Positions 19,466 to 28,737 of a stretch of 41,328 bases of DNA are shown here, piece by piece (position 1 is the stretch's first letter; every line of letters begins with the position of its first letter). A program made the position numbers and the translations under genes. The notes beneath the pieces are model-generated. The model ran no database searches. It had not been told where the DNA came from and saw only the letters and a list, made by a program, of their open reading frames with translations. Origin of the DNA: an uncultured Syntrophaceae bacterium (GTDB taxonomy: Bacteria; Desulfobacterota; Syntrophia; Syntrophales; UBA2185); the NCBI GenBank assembly GCA_903893135.1, contig CAITLA010000028.1, forward strand, positions 1-41,328, read 5' to 3'.

Positions 19466-20560
19466 GTGGGCTTCAAGTGCGGTATTATCGGGCTTCCGAA
19501 TGTTGGGAAATCCACCATCTTCAACGCCTTGACAGCCGCAGGCGCCGAAGTGGCCAATTATCCCTTCTGCACCATCGATCCCAATGTAGGAATTGTACAA
19601 GTTCCGGATGAACGGCTGCAAAGAATTGCTGAAATCGTCAGACCTCCCAAAGTTACTCCTGCCACCATGGAATTCCTTGACATCGCCGGTCTCGTTAAAG
19701 GCGCAAGCAAAGGAGAAGGTCTCGGCAACAAGTTCTTGGGCCATATCAGAGAAGTCGATGCTATTGTGCACATTGTACGATGCTTCGATCATCCCTCTGT
19801 TGCCCATATCTATGGCTCTGTCGATCCTGAGCGTGACATAGAGATAATAAATACGGAATTGATTATAGCCGATTTGGAGACCATCGAAAAAAGAATTGCA
19901 AAGATGGAAAGGCTCGCGAAAACAGGAGACAAGGTATCTCGCAAAGAGTTAGATACGTGTCTCCGTATCAAGGGCGTTCTCTCCAGGGGGACCGCTGCAC
20001 GTGAGATAACTTTCCAGGAAGACGAGCAGATGATCGTGAGAGACCTTCACCTGCTCACGGCAAAGAAAATCCTGTATGTTTCAAATGTCAGCGAGGCTGT
20101 TCTCAAGGGTGCTACAGACTGCATAGAGAAAGTTGAATCTATTGCACGAAAGGAAGGTTCAAACGCAATCACTATCTGCGGTGATTTGGAGGCAGAGATA
20201 ACGGAACTTCCCAAGGACGAGCAACAGGTATTTCTCAACGCTCTGGGCATAGAGGATTCGGGTCTTAATAAACTCATTGGAGCAGGGTACACTCTCCTGG
20301 GATTGATAACTTTTTACACTACAGTCGGTCCGGAACTCCGGGCGTGGACGGTGCCCCGCGGTTCGAGAGCGCCAGAAGCTGCGGGAAAGATACACAGTGA
20401 TATGGAGCAGGGGTTCATAAAAGCGGATATAATACATTACAACGATTTTATGAGAATGGGCAACCTGTCTCGAGCAAAGGAAGCAGGACTAATCAGAATC
20501 GAAGGAAGAGATTATATAATAGCCGATGGCGATATTGCTCACTTCAGATTTAATGTTTGA
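19466..20560 (+). CDS. ychF: Ribosome-binding ATPase YchF
   Basis: [37 protein letters not shown]. Confidence 0.97.
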   Translation: MGFKCGIIGLPNVGKSTIFNALTAAGAEVANYPFCTIDPNVGIVQVPDERLQRIAEIVRPPKVTPATMEFLDIAGLVKGASKGEGLGNKFLGHIREVDAIVHIVRCFDHPSVAHIYGSVDPERDIEIINTELIIADLETIEKRIAKMERLAKTGDKVSRKELDTCLRIKGVLSRGTAAREITFQEDEQMIVRDLHLLTAKKILYVSNVSEAVLKGATDCIEKVESIARKEGSNAITICGDLEAEITELPKDEQQVFLNALGIEDSGLNKLIGAGYTLLGLITFYTTVGPELRAWTVPRGSRAPEAAGKIHSDMEQGFIKADIIHYNDFMRMGNLSRAKEAGLIRIEGRDYIIADGDIAHFRFNV

Positions 20561-20565
20561 AAGCA

Positions 20566-20589
20566 ATCGCCCTTTCGAGAAAAGGCGAT
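20566..20589. terminator. Hairpin between convergent ychF and the activator gene
   Basis: ATCGCC-C-TTTC-GA-GAAA-A-GGCGAT; no clear U tract. Confidence 0.4.
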
Positions 20590-20649
20590 ATATAGGGAAA
20601 CGATGGGTGAAAGGACGGATACTATATTAGCACATAAGACTGCTTCTAA

Positions 20650-22785
20650 TCAATTGATGTGCTTATCAATTTTCTTTCGTTCTCTGATGAATTTGTAACG
20701 GGAAATGCTTAAATGCCTGGCCGCGGCAGTCTTATTGCCGCCGCTTATTTCCAGAGCATTTTCAAGGATTTTTTCTTTAATGTCACTCATAATTTTCTGT
20801 GTCACAAAGGTGTAATCTATTTCACCGGAGGAGAGAGTGGGAAGAAATTTTTCAATCTCAACTTTAAGATATTTATAATTGGGAACTACCTTTATTTCCG
20901 CGGGAAGATCGTCAGGCGAAATAGCGCTGCCAAATTTCTGCAGGATCATGACCCGTTCAATTATATTTTTCAACTCCCTTACATTTCCTGGCCAAGTATA
21001 GACATTCAAAATAAGCTCTGCTTCTTTACTGAACCCTCTCACTTTCTTGCCGAACTTCCTATTGAATTCTTCTATATAGTGTCTTGCCAAGAGAAGTATA
21101 TCATCTGGTCTTTCACGGAGGGGCGGGATAACAATAGGGACTACTCTTATCCTGTAAAAAAGATCTTCACGAAAGGACCCTTCACTTACCATCTTAGCGA
21201 GATCCATATTCGTTGAAAAAATGAACCTCACATCGATGGGTATATTTTCTGTTCCGCCAAGACGCCTCACATAACCATTTTCCAGCATTCGCAAGAATTT
21301 TACCTGCAGCTGGATGCTCATATTTCCGACCTCATCCAGCAGCAAAGTACCCCCATTGGCATATTCCAGAAGACCTATCTTTCTCTTTCGGGCATCTGTA
21401 AAGGCTCCCGCTTCATATCCAAACAGCTCACTTTCCAGCAGCGTCCCTGGAATTGCAGCACAATTAACATCGACGAAGGGTTTGGAAGATCTGTTGCTCT
21501 GTCTGTGAATGGCGCGGGCAATCAATTCCTTGCCGGTGCCACTTTCGCCCTGAATCAATATGTTTGTATTATGTGATGCGACTTCCTCAATTACATGGAA
21601 AATACCGATCATCTTCTTTGATTTGCCGAGAATATTATGAAACCCCAAAAGGATATCTTCCCTCTCCTTCAGTTTTTCTACTTCCGTCTTGAGTGATTCT
21701 GCTTCAAGCGAAAGCATGGAATGCATAATCACGTTGTCATATGAGGTAACCGCATTCTTAACGAGTATGTCCAGAATATAGATTTGATCCTGGGTGTAGC
21801 TGCCTGATCGCTTTGCAAGATACAGCGCGCCCTTGAACTTATCCTTTATATGAAGGGGAAATGCTATTTCCGAATGGAAACCATCATAAACAGGGTAGGT
21901 CAAAAAGCCCTCGTCAGTTTCGCGCCGTACGACAATGGTATCAGTATCCATTGCCTGACTGATGATGCTCTTGCCTATTATCGCATCATAAGCCTTTCTA
22001 TCCTTGATAAACACCTTCCCACCATCAGTGACAAGACACCGATCCTTTTCGATGTCCAGGAAATATACGAGGACTCTATCGGCGCTCGCAATTTCAAGCG
22101 CATTCTTATTGAGAATGTCGATTATCCGATTATCAAGGACGCGACTTAAATTTATCTCGGACACAGCCTCCTGAAGAATCATCAATTGACGGATTTTCTC
22201 CGCGTTCGTCTCAAAGAGCCTTGTGTTGTGGATAACAATGCTAATCTGACTGGCAAATGTCAACAAAAGGCTGATCTCCTCAGTGAAAAATTTTGTTTCC
22301 TCCTTGCACCACGCCGCTATTGTTCCTATGACATCATCGCCTATCTTAAGGGGCACACACACAATAGAACCCTTACTAAGAATCTTTGTCAACATGCGAT
22401 CAGTTTCCGTGATTCTCGGATCAGTTGCTGCATCCTCGATAGCAATGACCTGGCCTGATTTTGCCACCTTTGTCGATAGACAATCATGTTCGTAAATATT
22501 CAGGGCAACGGAAAAGGCCCTTGCTGTCTCTTCCGGATTGTAATTTTTTACGACCTTGGTTTCTAGATACTGCTTCGTCTCATCAAAAAGTCTGATTATC
22601 CCCATGTCGAAACCCATGGTATCGACAACTTCATCCAGAATTCTAGCCAGTATTTCATCCACATTGGAGGGGGCGGTAAGAAAGGTACTTATCCGAAAAA
22701 TACTCTTCAGCAATTCGTCCTTGTCAAGCAGAGGCGTGTTGGATGTTTCAATACGGAAATCGTCATCACCATTTATTCTTGCCAT
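20650..22785 (-). CDS. sigma54-dependent activator with two GAF domains and Fis HTH
   Basis: GESGTGKE, ESELFGYEAGAFTDA, LLDEV, FREDLFYR, WPGNVREL, GNKTAAARHL; N-terminal GAF-like repeats. Confidence 0.93.
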   Translation of the reverse strand: MARINGDDDFRIETSNTPLLDKDELLKSIFRISTFLTAPSNVDEILARILDEVVDTMGFDMGIIRLFDETKQYLETKVVKNYNPEETARAFSVALNIYEHDCLSTKVAKSGQVIAIEDAATDPRITETDRMLTKILSKGSIVCVPLKIGDDVIGTIAAWCKEETKFFTEEISLLLTFASQISIVIHNTRLFETNAEKIRQLMILQEAVSEINLSRVLDNRIIDILNKNALEIASADRVLVYFLDIEKDRCLVTDGGKVFIKDRKAYDAIIGKSIISQAMDTDTIVVRRETDEGFLTYPVYDGFHSEIAFPLHIKDKFKGALYLAKRSGSYTQDQIYILDILVKNAVTSYDNVIMHSMLSLEAESLKTEVEKLKEREDILLGFHNILGKSKKMIGIFHVIEEVASHNTNILIQGESGTGKELIARAIHRQSNRSSKPFVDVNCAAIPGTLLESELFGYEAGAFTDARKRKIGLLEYANGGTLLLDEVGNMSIQLQVKFLRMLENGYVRRLGGTENIPIDVRFIFSTNMDLAKMVSEGSFREDLFYRIRVVPIVIPPLRERPDDILLLARHYIEEFNRKFGKKVRGFSKEAELILNVYTWPGNVRELKNIIERVMILQKFGSAISPDDLPAEIKVVPNYKYLKVEIEKFLPTLSSGEIDYTFVTQKIMSDIKEKILENALEISGGNKTAAARHLSISRYKFIRERKKIDKHIN

Positions 22786-22812
22786 TGTTAAATCATTCCC
22801 TTGCCAAAAAAA

Positions 22813-23322
22813 TTATGCCTCGTGCAACATGATGCTGAGGGCTGTCGTAAGCTTCACGGTGTCCTCATCCGCTCTTCTCAATCTCGCACTCACAATCCGC
22901 CCCAGATTCAACAATATCCGGTAACCAAGTTCATAATCTTCTTCAGCAACCTTCAAAAAGTCATCCTTCTTCATTTCATACATAACGCAATCCGTAACTG
23001 CCTTTACGGAAGCAGTTCTTCTTAGTTCTTCAAGGAGAGCTATCTCCCCAAAAACGGCACGCTGCTTGCCATCCAGTCGCGCAAATACCTTATTTTTCCC
23101 CGACTCTTCATTATCTGTGTCGTCTATAACGAGACTCTTTGCGACCTCGACGGTGCCCTCCAGGATAATATAAATAGTATCTCCGATATCGCCCTCTCTC
23201 ATGATGATCTCATTGGCCGAAAAGGTAACCTTACGCAGGATATCCATAATTCTTTGGATTTTTTCCGGAGTCAAGTTTCTAAAAAGAGCAATATCCTTCA
23301 ATACAGCGATGTCCTTATCCAT
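22813..23322 (-). CDS. Stand-alone cyclic nucleotide-binding domain protein
   Basis: IMREGDIGD.IYIILEGTVEV, FGEIALL...RTASV; no HTH. Confidence 0.9.
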   Translation of the reverse strand: MDKDIAVLKDIALFRNLTPEKIQRIMDILRKVTFSANEIIMREGDIGDTIYIILEGTVEVAKSLVIDDTDNEESGKNKVFARLDGKQRAVFGEIALLEELRRTASVKAVTDCVMYEMKKDDFLKVAEEDYELGYRILLNLGRIVSARLRRADEDTVKLTTALSIMLHEA

Positions 23323-23430
23323 CAATTATCCCCCAAAGTATGACCTCTGCATGTCTTGCAGCATCTACCAACTTTCAGAAATTGTCAGAACCTTCTATAC
23401 GAGACGCATAAGAGACTATTGCTCGTCACT

Positions 23431-24600
23431 TCATCTTGCCGGCATTACCCTCGAAAGTATCACAGCAAATTGCCCGTCTTTTATGATGTATCCGTCGTCC
23501 GGATTTAAGATAAACTGCATCTCCTCCCTTTTATAAAAAAAATCTTTTTTTGATTCCTTTATTTTATCCTTGATAAAGGTATCAATAATGGATGTATCAT
23601 CCGATAAAATATCTGCCAATTTCATTGCCTTCTTTTCCGTTAAGAGACCTATCAGGATAGCGTGCCGCTTTCCCCTGTAAAATGCCGACAACTCTATAAA
23701 TGTATTGCCTACAAAACTTCGAGGAATCTCTACTCTCCATAATTTGTTGGTGTCCCCCAACGACAGCATGCTCGAAAATATTTTAGGGAGACCAGGAGAA
23801 TTAATCGCGCTCGCCAACAGAGAACCCACATGTTCGCCTCTGACAATGATTTCATCAACATTTGCCCGTTTCAAATGCTGCTTGTTTTCACCATCCAGGA
23901 GCTCGGCGATGGTCTTAACATTGGGTGCTATAGACTTGATTGCCAGGGCGGCAAGGGTTGTTCTTTCATCAATCCGCTCGTGCGGATGGCTTCCTGATGT
24001 GTCTGCCATAATTAAGGCAAAGGCAGCCTTGGTTATATTAGCCCTGGAAAGAACATCTTCATGGACGTAATTGCCCCTGAGAAATCTGAGGTTGTATTTG
24101 TCATACTTGAGCTTGAGGGAATCGACATCGTCAACAGAAAGTTCATTTATCAGGATAATAGGTGTGTCTTCCATGGAACCGTATGTCGTCAGTGCCTGGA
24201 GGACTTCTTCTGTATGCTGATTCCAGCCGCATATAACAATGTGGTCTTTCTCTTTAACAGTTTCCAAACCTTTTCCCTCCTTAATCTTCCGTTCGACAAA
24301 TATGGAGGCGATAGTTGCCGTAAAAAGAGACATCAACCCTACACCTGCAAAGATGAGTATCAATCCAACTGCTCTCCCACCCGCCGTTATGGGATATATG
24401 TCACCATAACCGACAGTACCCATAGTTACTACAGCCCACCAAACTCCATCCCACAAAGAACGAATGTTAGAATCTTCCCTGGCACTTTCAAAATAATATA
24501 CGCTGGTTGCACTGATCAAGATAACACTCAGGATGACAGTGGCAATCTGAATGAACCGCTTCCTGTACAATCCTTTAATGAACTTTAAGACAATCGGCAT
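23431..24600 (-). CDS. Two-TM potassium channel with RCK (TrkA_N) domain
   Basis: WWAVVTMGTVGYGD filter, HIVICGW Rossmann motif. Confidence 0.93.
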   Translation of the reverse strand: MPIVLKFIKGLYRKRFIQIATVILSVILISATSVYYFESAREDSNIRSLWDGVWWAVVTMGTVGYGDIYPITAGGRAVGLILIFAGVGLMSLFTATIASIFVERKIKEGKGLETVKEKDHIVICGWNQHTEEVLQALTTYGSMEDTPIILINELSVDDVDSLKLKYDKYNLRFLRGNYVHEDVLSRANITKAAFALIMADTSGSHPHERIDERTTLAALAIKSIAPNVKTIAELLDGENKQHLKRANVDEIIVRGEHVGSLLASAINSPGLPKIFSSMLSLGDTNKLWRVEIPRSFVGNTFIELSAFYRGKRHAILIGLLTEKKAMKLADILSDDTSIIDTFIKDKIKESKKDFFYKREEMQFILNPDDGYIIKDGQFAVILSRVMPAR

Positions 24601-24684
24601 ATGTTATCCAGATAATTACACTCCGCTGGGTCAGCCCTATCTGTCATTGATCCGGAACCTACAACGCTTTCGTCCGTGAATAAA

Positions 24685-26718
24685 TCAACTCTTGCCGTAT
24701 GCAAAGAATCGCATGGAGAAAGTGGCCCTGCCCTGAGTTGCAGAACGCAGGTCCGTTGAATATCCAAACATTTCCTTCAAAGGTACTTTGCCACTGATCT
24801 CACTTATCGTCCCCTTTGGCGTGATGGCTTGAATTTCTCCGCCTCTTGCATTTATATCTCCTATGACTTCACCAATAAATTCTCCCGGCACGATGACATC
24901 TACCATCATGATCGGCTCAAGCAGTATGGGATCAGCCTGCAAACAACCATTTCTCACGGCGGATGACGCCGCTATCTTATAACCGAGCGCCGTAGATTCC
25001 CCTTCCTTAAAGGATCCCCCAGTCACTGTTACCCTGATATCCACAATAGGGTAACCACTGATTACACCGCTGAGAGTCGCTTCTTCAATGCCTTCGTGAA
25101 TGGCAGTATAGAATTCTTCTGGTATGGCGGCTTCGTCGGTCTGTATGATAATCTCATTACCTTCTCCCCTGCCTCTGGGTTCAAGTAATAACCGAACATG
25201 ACCAAAATGTTTTTTTTCGCCAAGTTCCCTTTCAAAGAGTCCTTCAACTTCTATTTTCTTTTGAATTGTTTCCCGATAGACAACCCTCGGTTTACCGACA
25301 TTTACATGGGCGTTGAAATCTCTTTTTAATCTATCAATGACAATTTCAAGATGAAGTTCTCCCATGCCTGAAATTACGGTTTGAGCGGTCTCTTCATTAT
25401 ACTTAACTTCAATCGTGGGATCTTCTTCTATGAGCTTGACGAGTGCGACGGTGAGCTTTTCCTGATCTGCCGGTGTCTTGGCCTCTATGGCCTGACTTAT
25501 GACGGGTTTATAAAACTCAATGGGCTCAAGAAGAATCGGACGGGACTCATCGCAGATCGTATTTCCCGTTGTCGTATCCTTGAGACCCAGAACGGCAACG
25601 ATATCTCCGGCACCGCACCTGTCGATTCTTTCCCGTTTATTGGCATGCATCTTCAATAGTCGCGCAATTTTTTCCTTTTTCCCGATGCTGGCATTATACA
25701 CAGCATCGCCCGCCTTTATAAGGCCCGAATAAACTCTCAGATAAGTCAGCTTTCTTCCTTCATCCTGCTTAATCTTGAACGCCAGGGCAGCAAGGGGCTC
25801 ATCGTCGCGGCTACATCTTACCTCTTCTTTTTTCGCTACAGGATTGAAACCCCTGACCGGGGGGATATCATCCGGTGAGGGAAGAAAATAAACTATAGAA
25901 TCAAGTATCGGCTGAATGCCTTTATTTCTCAGGGCAGAGCCGCACATTACGGGAACAGCCTTCAAAGAGATTGTTGCCTGCCTGATGGCTCTGATCATCT
26001 CTTTTTCCGAAATAACTGTTCCTTCCAGATATTTCTCCGCAATATAGTCATCCATCTCGGCGAGTAATTCAATCAGTTTTTCACGATGCTCTTTGACCTG
26101 CGGAAAAACGTCAGATGGAATATCTGACACCGAAAAAGACGACCCCAGGGTACTATCATCCCAGGTAACTGCCTTCTGTTTTATCAGGTCTATGATACCC
26201 TTAAAATGTTCTTCCTCACCAAGAGGCATCTGTATCGGCAGCGGCACTGAATTAAACCTTTCGCCCATGGTCTTTATGGTACCAAAATAATCGGCACCGA
26301 CTCTATCCATCTTATTGATAAAAGCTATTTTGGGGACGCCATATTTATCGGCCTGGTGCCAGACTGTTTCTGATTGCGGTTCAACGCCGCCAACGGCGCA
26401 AAACACAACTAATGTTCCATCCAGAACTCTCAGACACCGTTCAACCTCCATGGTAAAATCCACATGTCCGGGTGTATCAATTATCTGGATTTCATGATTC
26501 TCCCAGGTGCAGGCTGTAACAGCTGAAGTAATCGTTATTCCTCTCTCCTGCTCTTGCGGCATCCAGTCCATTGCAGCTTCGCCATCATGAACCTCTCCCA
26601 TCTTGTATAATATTCCTGTATAGAAGAGTATTCTTTCGGTGACGGTGGTCTTACCGGCATCTATATGGGCTACGACACCGATATTTCTTGTTCTTGAAAG
26701 TTTCTTTTTTGAGGCCAT
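24685..26718 (-). CDS. fusA: Elongation factor G (copy outside the str operon)
   Basis: AHIDAGKTT, ERGITI, DTPGHVDF, NKMD, GMGELHLE, LRSATQGRA. Confidence 0.93.
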   Translation of the reverse strand: MASKKKLSRTRNIGVVAHIDAGKTTVTERILFYTGILYKMGEVHDGEAAMDWMPQEQERGITITSAVTACTWENHEIQIIDTPGHVDFTMEVERCLRVLDGTLVVFCAVGGVEPQSETVWHQADKYGVPKIAFINKMDRVGADYFGTIKTMGERFNSVPLPIQMPLGEEEHFKGIIDLIKQKAVTWDDSTLGSSFSVSDIPSDVFPQVKEHREKLIELLAEMDDYIAEKYLEGTVISEKEMIRAIRQATISLKAVPVMCGSALRNKGIQPILDSIVYFLPSPDDIPPVRGFNPVAKKEEVRCSRDDEPLAALAFKIKQDEGRKLTYLRVYSGLIKAGDAVYNASIGKKEKIARLLKMHANKRERIDRCGAGDIVAVLGLKDTTTGNTICDESRPILLEPIEFYKPVISQAIEAKTPADQEKLTVALVKLIEEDPTIEVKYNEETAQTVISGMGELHLEIVIDRLKRDFNAHVNVGKPRVVYRETIQKKIEVEGLFERELGEKKHFGHVRLLLEPRGRGEGNEIIIQTDEAAIPEEFYTAIHEGIEEATLSGVISGYPIVDIRVTVTGGSFKEGESTALGYKIAASSAVRNGCLQADPILLEPIMMVDVIVPGEFIGEVIGDINARGGEIQAITPKGTISEISGKVPLKEMFGYSTDLRSATQGRATFSMRFFAYGKS

Positions 26719-26753
26719 GGACTAACCTGAGAGGAAATCTCTCTATCCCTGCG

Positions 26754-27371
26754 TTATCCTTCTTTTGCACCCGGCGCCAACATGTCCTTATTTATGGTAA
26801 AGGGCTGCCTCGTATCAACATGCCCTTTGATAGATTCCACTTCCTTCCCGTCTATCAATAGCTTCACCCTTTTAATGCTATTGATATTGCGCATCAGGGT
26901 ATTGGTCAGCGAATATATTGTCGCCATTTCGCTGGTACTGCCACCGGGATGTTGTTTGATAAGATTCTTGTCAAAGCTGACGTAAGCAGTTTGCTTATCA
27001 TCTATTCTAATATTGTCCAGCGCTACCCCTTCCGGGAAGGTCCTTACAAGCTTGGTCTTGGAACCTTCGAGCAAAGCCTTTACCAATTCCCTGGCCCTGT
27101 CCTGGTCATTCTCTTCCTTGGGAATATACCTCTTTTCCGGAACTAAAAATCGTTCATTCGCATCGGAAAAATACAATACTACCTCTTGTTTTTCCTTCTT
27201 TGCAACGTTGTCCTTGGTTGGCGGGAACACATATTCGAAAATGATTACAAAGAAAAGTATGAGACACGCTACAATGGTAGTAATAATCAAAAAAAGAAAA
27301 GACTTCTTCATGCGTTTCTTTTTTTTCTTTACCTTTATCTCATCCGTTCTTCTCTTTCTCTTTGTGGCCAT
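26754..27371 (-). CDS. Membrane-anchored GerMN domain protein
   Basis: Basic N-terminus plus one TM, LYFSD...LVPEKR, HPGGSTSE..TIYSLTNTL, VKLLIDG. Confidence 0.85.
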   Translation of the reverse strand: MATKRKRRTDEIKVKKKKKRMKKSFLFLIITTIVACLILFFVIIFEYVFPPTKDNVAKKEKQEVVLYFSDANERFLVPEKRYIPKEENDQDRARELVKALLEGSKTKLVRTFPEGVALDNIRIDDKQTAYVSFDKNLIKQHPGGSTSEMATIYSLTNTLMRNINSIKRVKLLIDGKEVESIKGHVDTRQPFTINKDMLAPGAKEG

Positions 27372-27407
27372 AGTCAATTGTTCTCCTCAATTACTAAAAG
27401 CTGCGAT

Positions 27408-27436
27408 AATGTAGGGTATTTTTGCACTACTGTCAA
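27408..27436 (-). promoter_or_regulatory. sigma70-type promoter upstream of GerMN-fusA
   Basis: Minus strand TTGACA-N17-TACATT. Confidence 0.6.
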
Positions 27437-27641
27437 GCAGAGAACAGAATCCAGTCATCGATGGCAAGGCCAAGAGAGGCATGAGAAATGTAAATTCTGC
27501 TTCACGAGAATCTATTATTAAGCCCAAGCAAGCTGCGGGGACTGCTCGCTTACGAATTCAATTATATCGTGGAAAAATTAGATTGTCCGGGTTTGCTCAG
27601 GGGCGGTGTTTCAAGGAGCAATTGACAGAAGACCTTCATTT

Positions 27642-28226
27642 CTATTTGTTATCGCTGCTGCAACCATTCACCCACCAGTCACTCTTATCTTTGAACCACC
27701 ACTCGGAGGAATCTGTTCCAATGATGCTAAGAGCCAGCTTTCTTGCAGTTTCAGTATGAAGTCGCCTTCTCGCAAATTCAATCCAGTCGTCAGTGTATTT
27801 ATTGCCCAGATCGCCATATTCCTTCAACTGGATAATAAGAGCAAGCTGGTCGGCGTCGTGGGCAATGAGAGCCTCTCTTGTCTTCTTCTCGTTAAATTCG
27901 TCAATGACGGATTTAATTTCATCGCCGAAGAACACAGTTTGCGTCAACTCTCTTACGGCTTTTTCTTCGTCCACCGTGACATATTTCTTATACATGTAAT
28001 TCATATCGCCGGTTCTGGCTTCGGGAAGGTCATGGACAAGACAAATCTTTAGCACCTTCAATTCGTCCAGACCAGGTTCAAGCTTACTTAGGGCATAGCC
28101 GATAAATATCGTTCGCAGAATATGCTCAGCCACCGATTCGCAGCCGGAGCCCAAGAACCTAAAACCTGTTCTGGGGGTTTTTTTTAACATGCCTACTTCA
28201 AATAAGAAATTCGCTATGCTGTCCAT
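27642..28226 (-). CDS. HD-domain phosphohydrolase (HD_3/5'-deoxynucleotidase-like)
   Basis: LKKTPRTG, ESVAEH, VHDLPEARTGD, DADQL. Confidence 0.88.
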   Translation of the reverse strand: MDSIANFLFEVGMLKKTPRTGFRFLGSGCESVAEHILRTIFIGYALSKLEPGLDELKVLKICLVHDLPEARTGDMNYMYKKYVTVDEEKAVRELTQTVFFGDEIKSVIDEFNEKKTREALIAHDADQLALIIQLKEYGDLGNKYTDDWIEFARRRLHTETARKLALSIIGTDSSEWWFKDKSDWWVNGCSSDNK

Positions 28227-28227
28227 A

Positions 28228-28446
28228 TTATTCCTTTTTCATCGTTCTAATTCTATTGTCCATCATATCCGAGACTCTCTTTATCTGCGACTGGAGTGAA
28301 GCAATACCGTCCGGTTTCATGGACAGCAATCTATCAATCTGAGATTTCCAGTATTCCAATACCGAGATTTCATTTTCCTTCAATTTTTTATCAAACCTCA
28401 CCTGGAACTCTTTGACAAAAGCCGGATTATTTTCCATATCAGCCAT
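28228..28446 (-). CDS. Small hypothetical protein (72 aa)
   Basis: SD GGGGA, helical composition, stop 1 nt before the HD gene start. Confidence 0.7.
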   Translation of the reverse strand: MADMENNPAFVKEFQVRFDKKLKENEISVLEYWKSQIDRLLSMKPDGIASLQSQIKRVSDMMDNRIRTMKKE

Positions 28447-28646
28447 TGGCTATCCCCATTTGACAAATGTCGTCATCTCTATCAATGTCGTTTATTATAT
28501 CATTAATGTTTGTTCTTGCAACCATTGATGTTAGAACTGTTAGAACTATTGATATTCAAAAAAGGGCAATCCGAAAATCCTTGAAGTTCATAATTCTCGT
28601 ATTGAATGAACCTAACGATATTGAGATTTTACTTTGCACAACGGCG

Positions 28647-28673
28647 TAATTATGCTAATAACACGCATAATTA
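28647..28673. promoter_or_regulatory. Perfect inverted repeat, candidate operator
   Basis: TAATTATGC-N9-GCATAATTA in a divergent intergenic region. Confidence 0.45.
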
Positions 28674-28737
28674 TTAGGTTTGTGGAAGCTGCTTTTAACA
28701 TTGCTAAAGTGGTGTGATATTTTAACGAGGTACAGTT

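Noticed and set aside
20650-22785. GAFTDA as a sign of an inactive activator
   Set aside because: Common variant; the key Phe and Thr are retained.
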